From the human T2T-CHM13v2.0 reference genome, Homo sapiens, in NCBI RefSeq assembly GCF_009914755.1, contig NC_060927.1: DNA of 64,000 bases, one strand, 5' to 3'. Position 1 is the stretch's first letter. Each line of letters opens with the position of its first letter. A model generated the notes under the pieces. It did no database searches. It had not been told where the DNA came from and saw only the letters and a program-made list of their open reading frames with translations. This document shows positions 62,110-64,000 of the stretch, in pieces. The position numbers and the translations under genes were made by a program.

Positions 62110-62572
62110 TAAGCACCTTCTCTTTGGGCCTGGGGCCTGCTTATCATCCCCTAGTTTCCCAGAGCTTGTCCAAGGCCCAGGAGCTCCAAGGTTGGCCCCC
62201 TGCCTGAGTTTCCCTCCCCAGTCCCAGAGCCAGATGAGGAATTTGAGTTGAAAGGGAGCCAGGGGCTTGCCTGGGGCTGCACACTAGCAAACCTGGTCCC
62301 CACTTTCCACCTCCAAGGCCTGAGCACCCATGCCCCAACCACTCAGAGATGGGGGGAAAGGTCCATTTAAAAAGGGTCTGTCCCTGTCCCAGACTGATGG
62401 GATTCCTGCACTCCACACTTAGAGGGTCCTGTACTCCTCATGTGAAATCACCAGTGAGGGCCTTGATGGCTTCAAGCAAGGGTCCCTGAGCTCTGAGGCA
62501 ATATGTCCCACACTGGGACAGGAAGGCGCCCCTGGGAGCCCTTGCCCAGCCTGAGGCCTTGCTCTCCTATAG

Positions 62573-62773
<201 letters not shown>

Positions 62774-63344
62774 TGATTCATGCCCAGATGTAGTGGTGCC
62801 AGGCTGGGGGTGGGTCCTCTCCACAGGGCATGCAGACTTTGAGTCCAGCCTCAGATAGGCCGATGGGGGGAATGGGGAGGGGAAGAAGCCACAGGGTCCC
62901 CTCTAGAACTTGGGGAAAGTTACAAAGTGACAGGTGGACCTGAGAGTCCGCAGGTCAGAGCCAGGCCCAGGCCGCCTCCCCTCCTTACTGCCTGGAGCAC
63001 AGGGCATGTCCCTTCCCAGGTCTCTTGGGAAAAGGGGAGGCCTATGCCAGTTTGCTGGAGTTTTCTCTAATATTCAGCATAAACTATGACTGACCCTCTA
63101 AGCCTGGGGGCCTCCTATCCCATGCTCTGGACCCTGCGAGGGTCCCAGACCCTGCGATCCAGATCAACTGGGGACACAGGCCTGTAGGGTGAGGAAGATG
63201 CCTTGTTCACTGGTGTCCTGCTGTCAGCTTAGGCCTCCTGTGACTTGGGCCCAGCCCCACCCCATACACCCTGTGAACGGGACGTGGGGCCGGAGGTGAA
63301 GGCCCCTCCTCATGCAGGGCCTGAGCCATCTCTTTGCCTGCTAG

Positions 63345-63491
<147 letters not shown>

Positions 63492-64000
63492 TAACAGGGT
63501 TGGGAGGAGAGTGTTCTTACCCAGAGGAGGAATTGAGGCCCAGAGAGGAGGGTGGGTGACTGGGATTCACACAGAGAGCTGGCAAGACGAGACTAGAACC
63601 AAGGACTCTCAGTTTCCCACTCACAGAGGCTCCCACAAGTACAGCCCACGCTTCGCTCCCAGGCCTGGGTAACTTGCGTCTCTCAGATGCTGGGGAGAGT
63701 GGGGGCAGTGGCGACCTCTGCTGGCAGCATCCCCTCCCTGCATTGTCCTGGTCCTGGGCCAGGGGACAAAGCACCCTTCCCCACCCTACAGTCCTCAGGG
63801 ATCACGGTGCCCAGTGTGTGTGTATACAGTGTCATATGATGTGTGGGTATACAGTGTGTGTGGATGTGCAAGAACAGGTGTATTCAGGGTGTTGTGTGTG
63901 GTGTGTAAGTGGACAGGGTGTGTGTAGGAGGTAGGAGTGAGGCCTCAAGGGGAGGAGGGAGCTGAGTCCTGGTCGCTCTTGGTCTGCCTGTGGGGCTTGG

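Overview
Human genomic DNA, recognised as the 3p22 CTDSPL-MIR26A1-VILL locus, with all genes on the + strand. The window holds CTDSPL coding exons 2-8 (small CTD phosphatase SCP3/RBSP3; exon 1 is upstream of the window), a ~3.6 kb 3'UTR ending near 44650, the intronic miR-26a-1 hairpin (29584-29660), and the first 14 coding exons of VILL (villin-like, gelsolin family; the gene continues past the window). Introns are filled with Alu, L1, L2, MIR, LTR and DNA-transposon fossils. Most entries in the ORF track are artefacts of Alus or low-complexity sequence. I found no new protein-coding system. The most unusual structures are: (i) two templated-insertion scars in the CTDSPL 5' introns, a gapless 145-bp direct copy from 4.6 kb away and a 102-bp inverted copy that spans an L1/LTR/Alu junction; (ii) a near-consensus antisense AluYb8; (iii) a solitary A39 insertion with a target-site duplication; (iv) a dense set of miRNA seed and Pumilio sites plus an RE1-like motif in the CTDSPL 3'UTR; (v) unusual splice architecture in VILL, including a distant polypyrimidine tract and a duplicated donor within a GC-box/G4 cluster. 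Gene, miRNA and repeat names come from recalled sequences, not from searches, and repeat boundaries are approximate.
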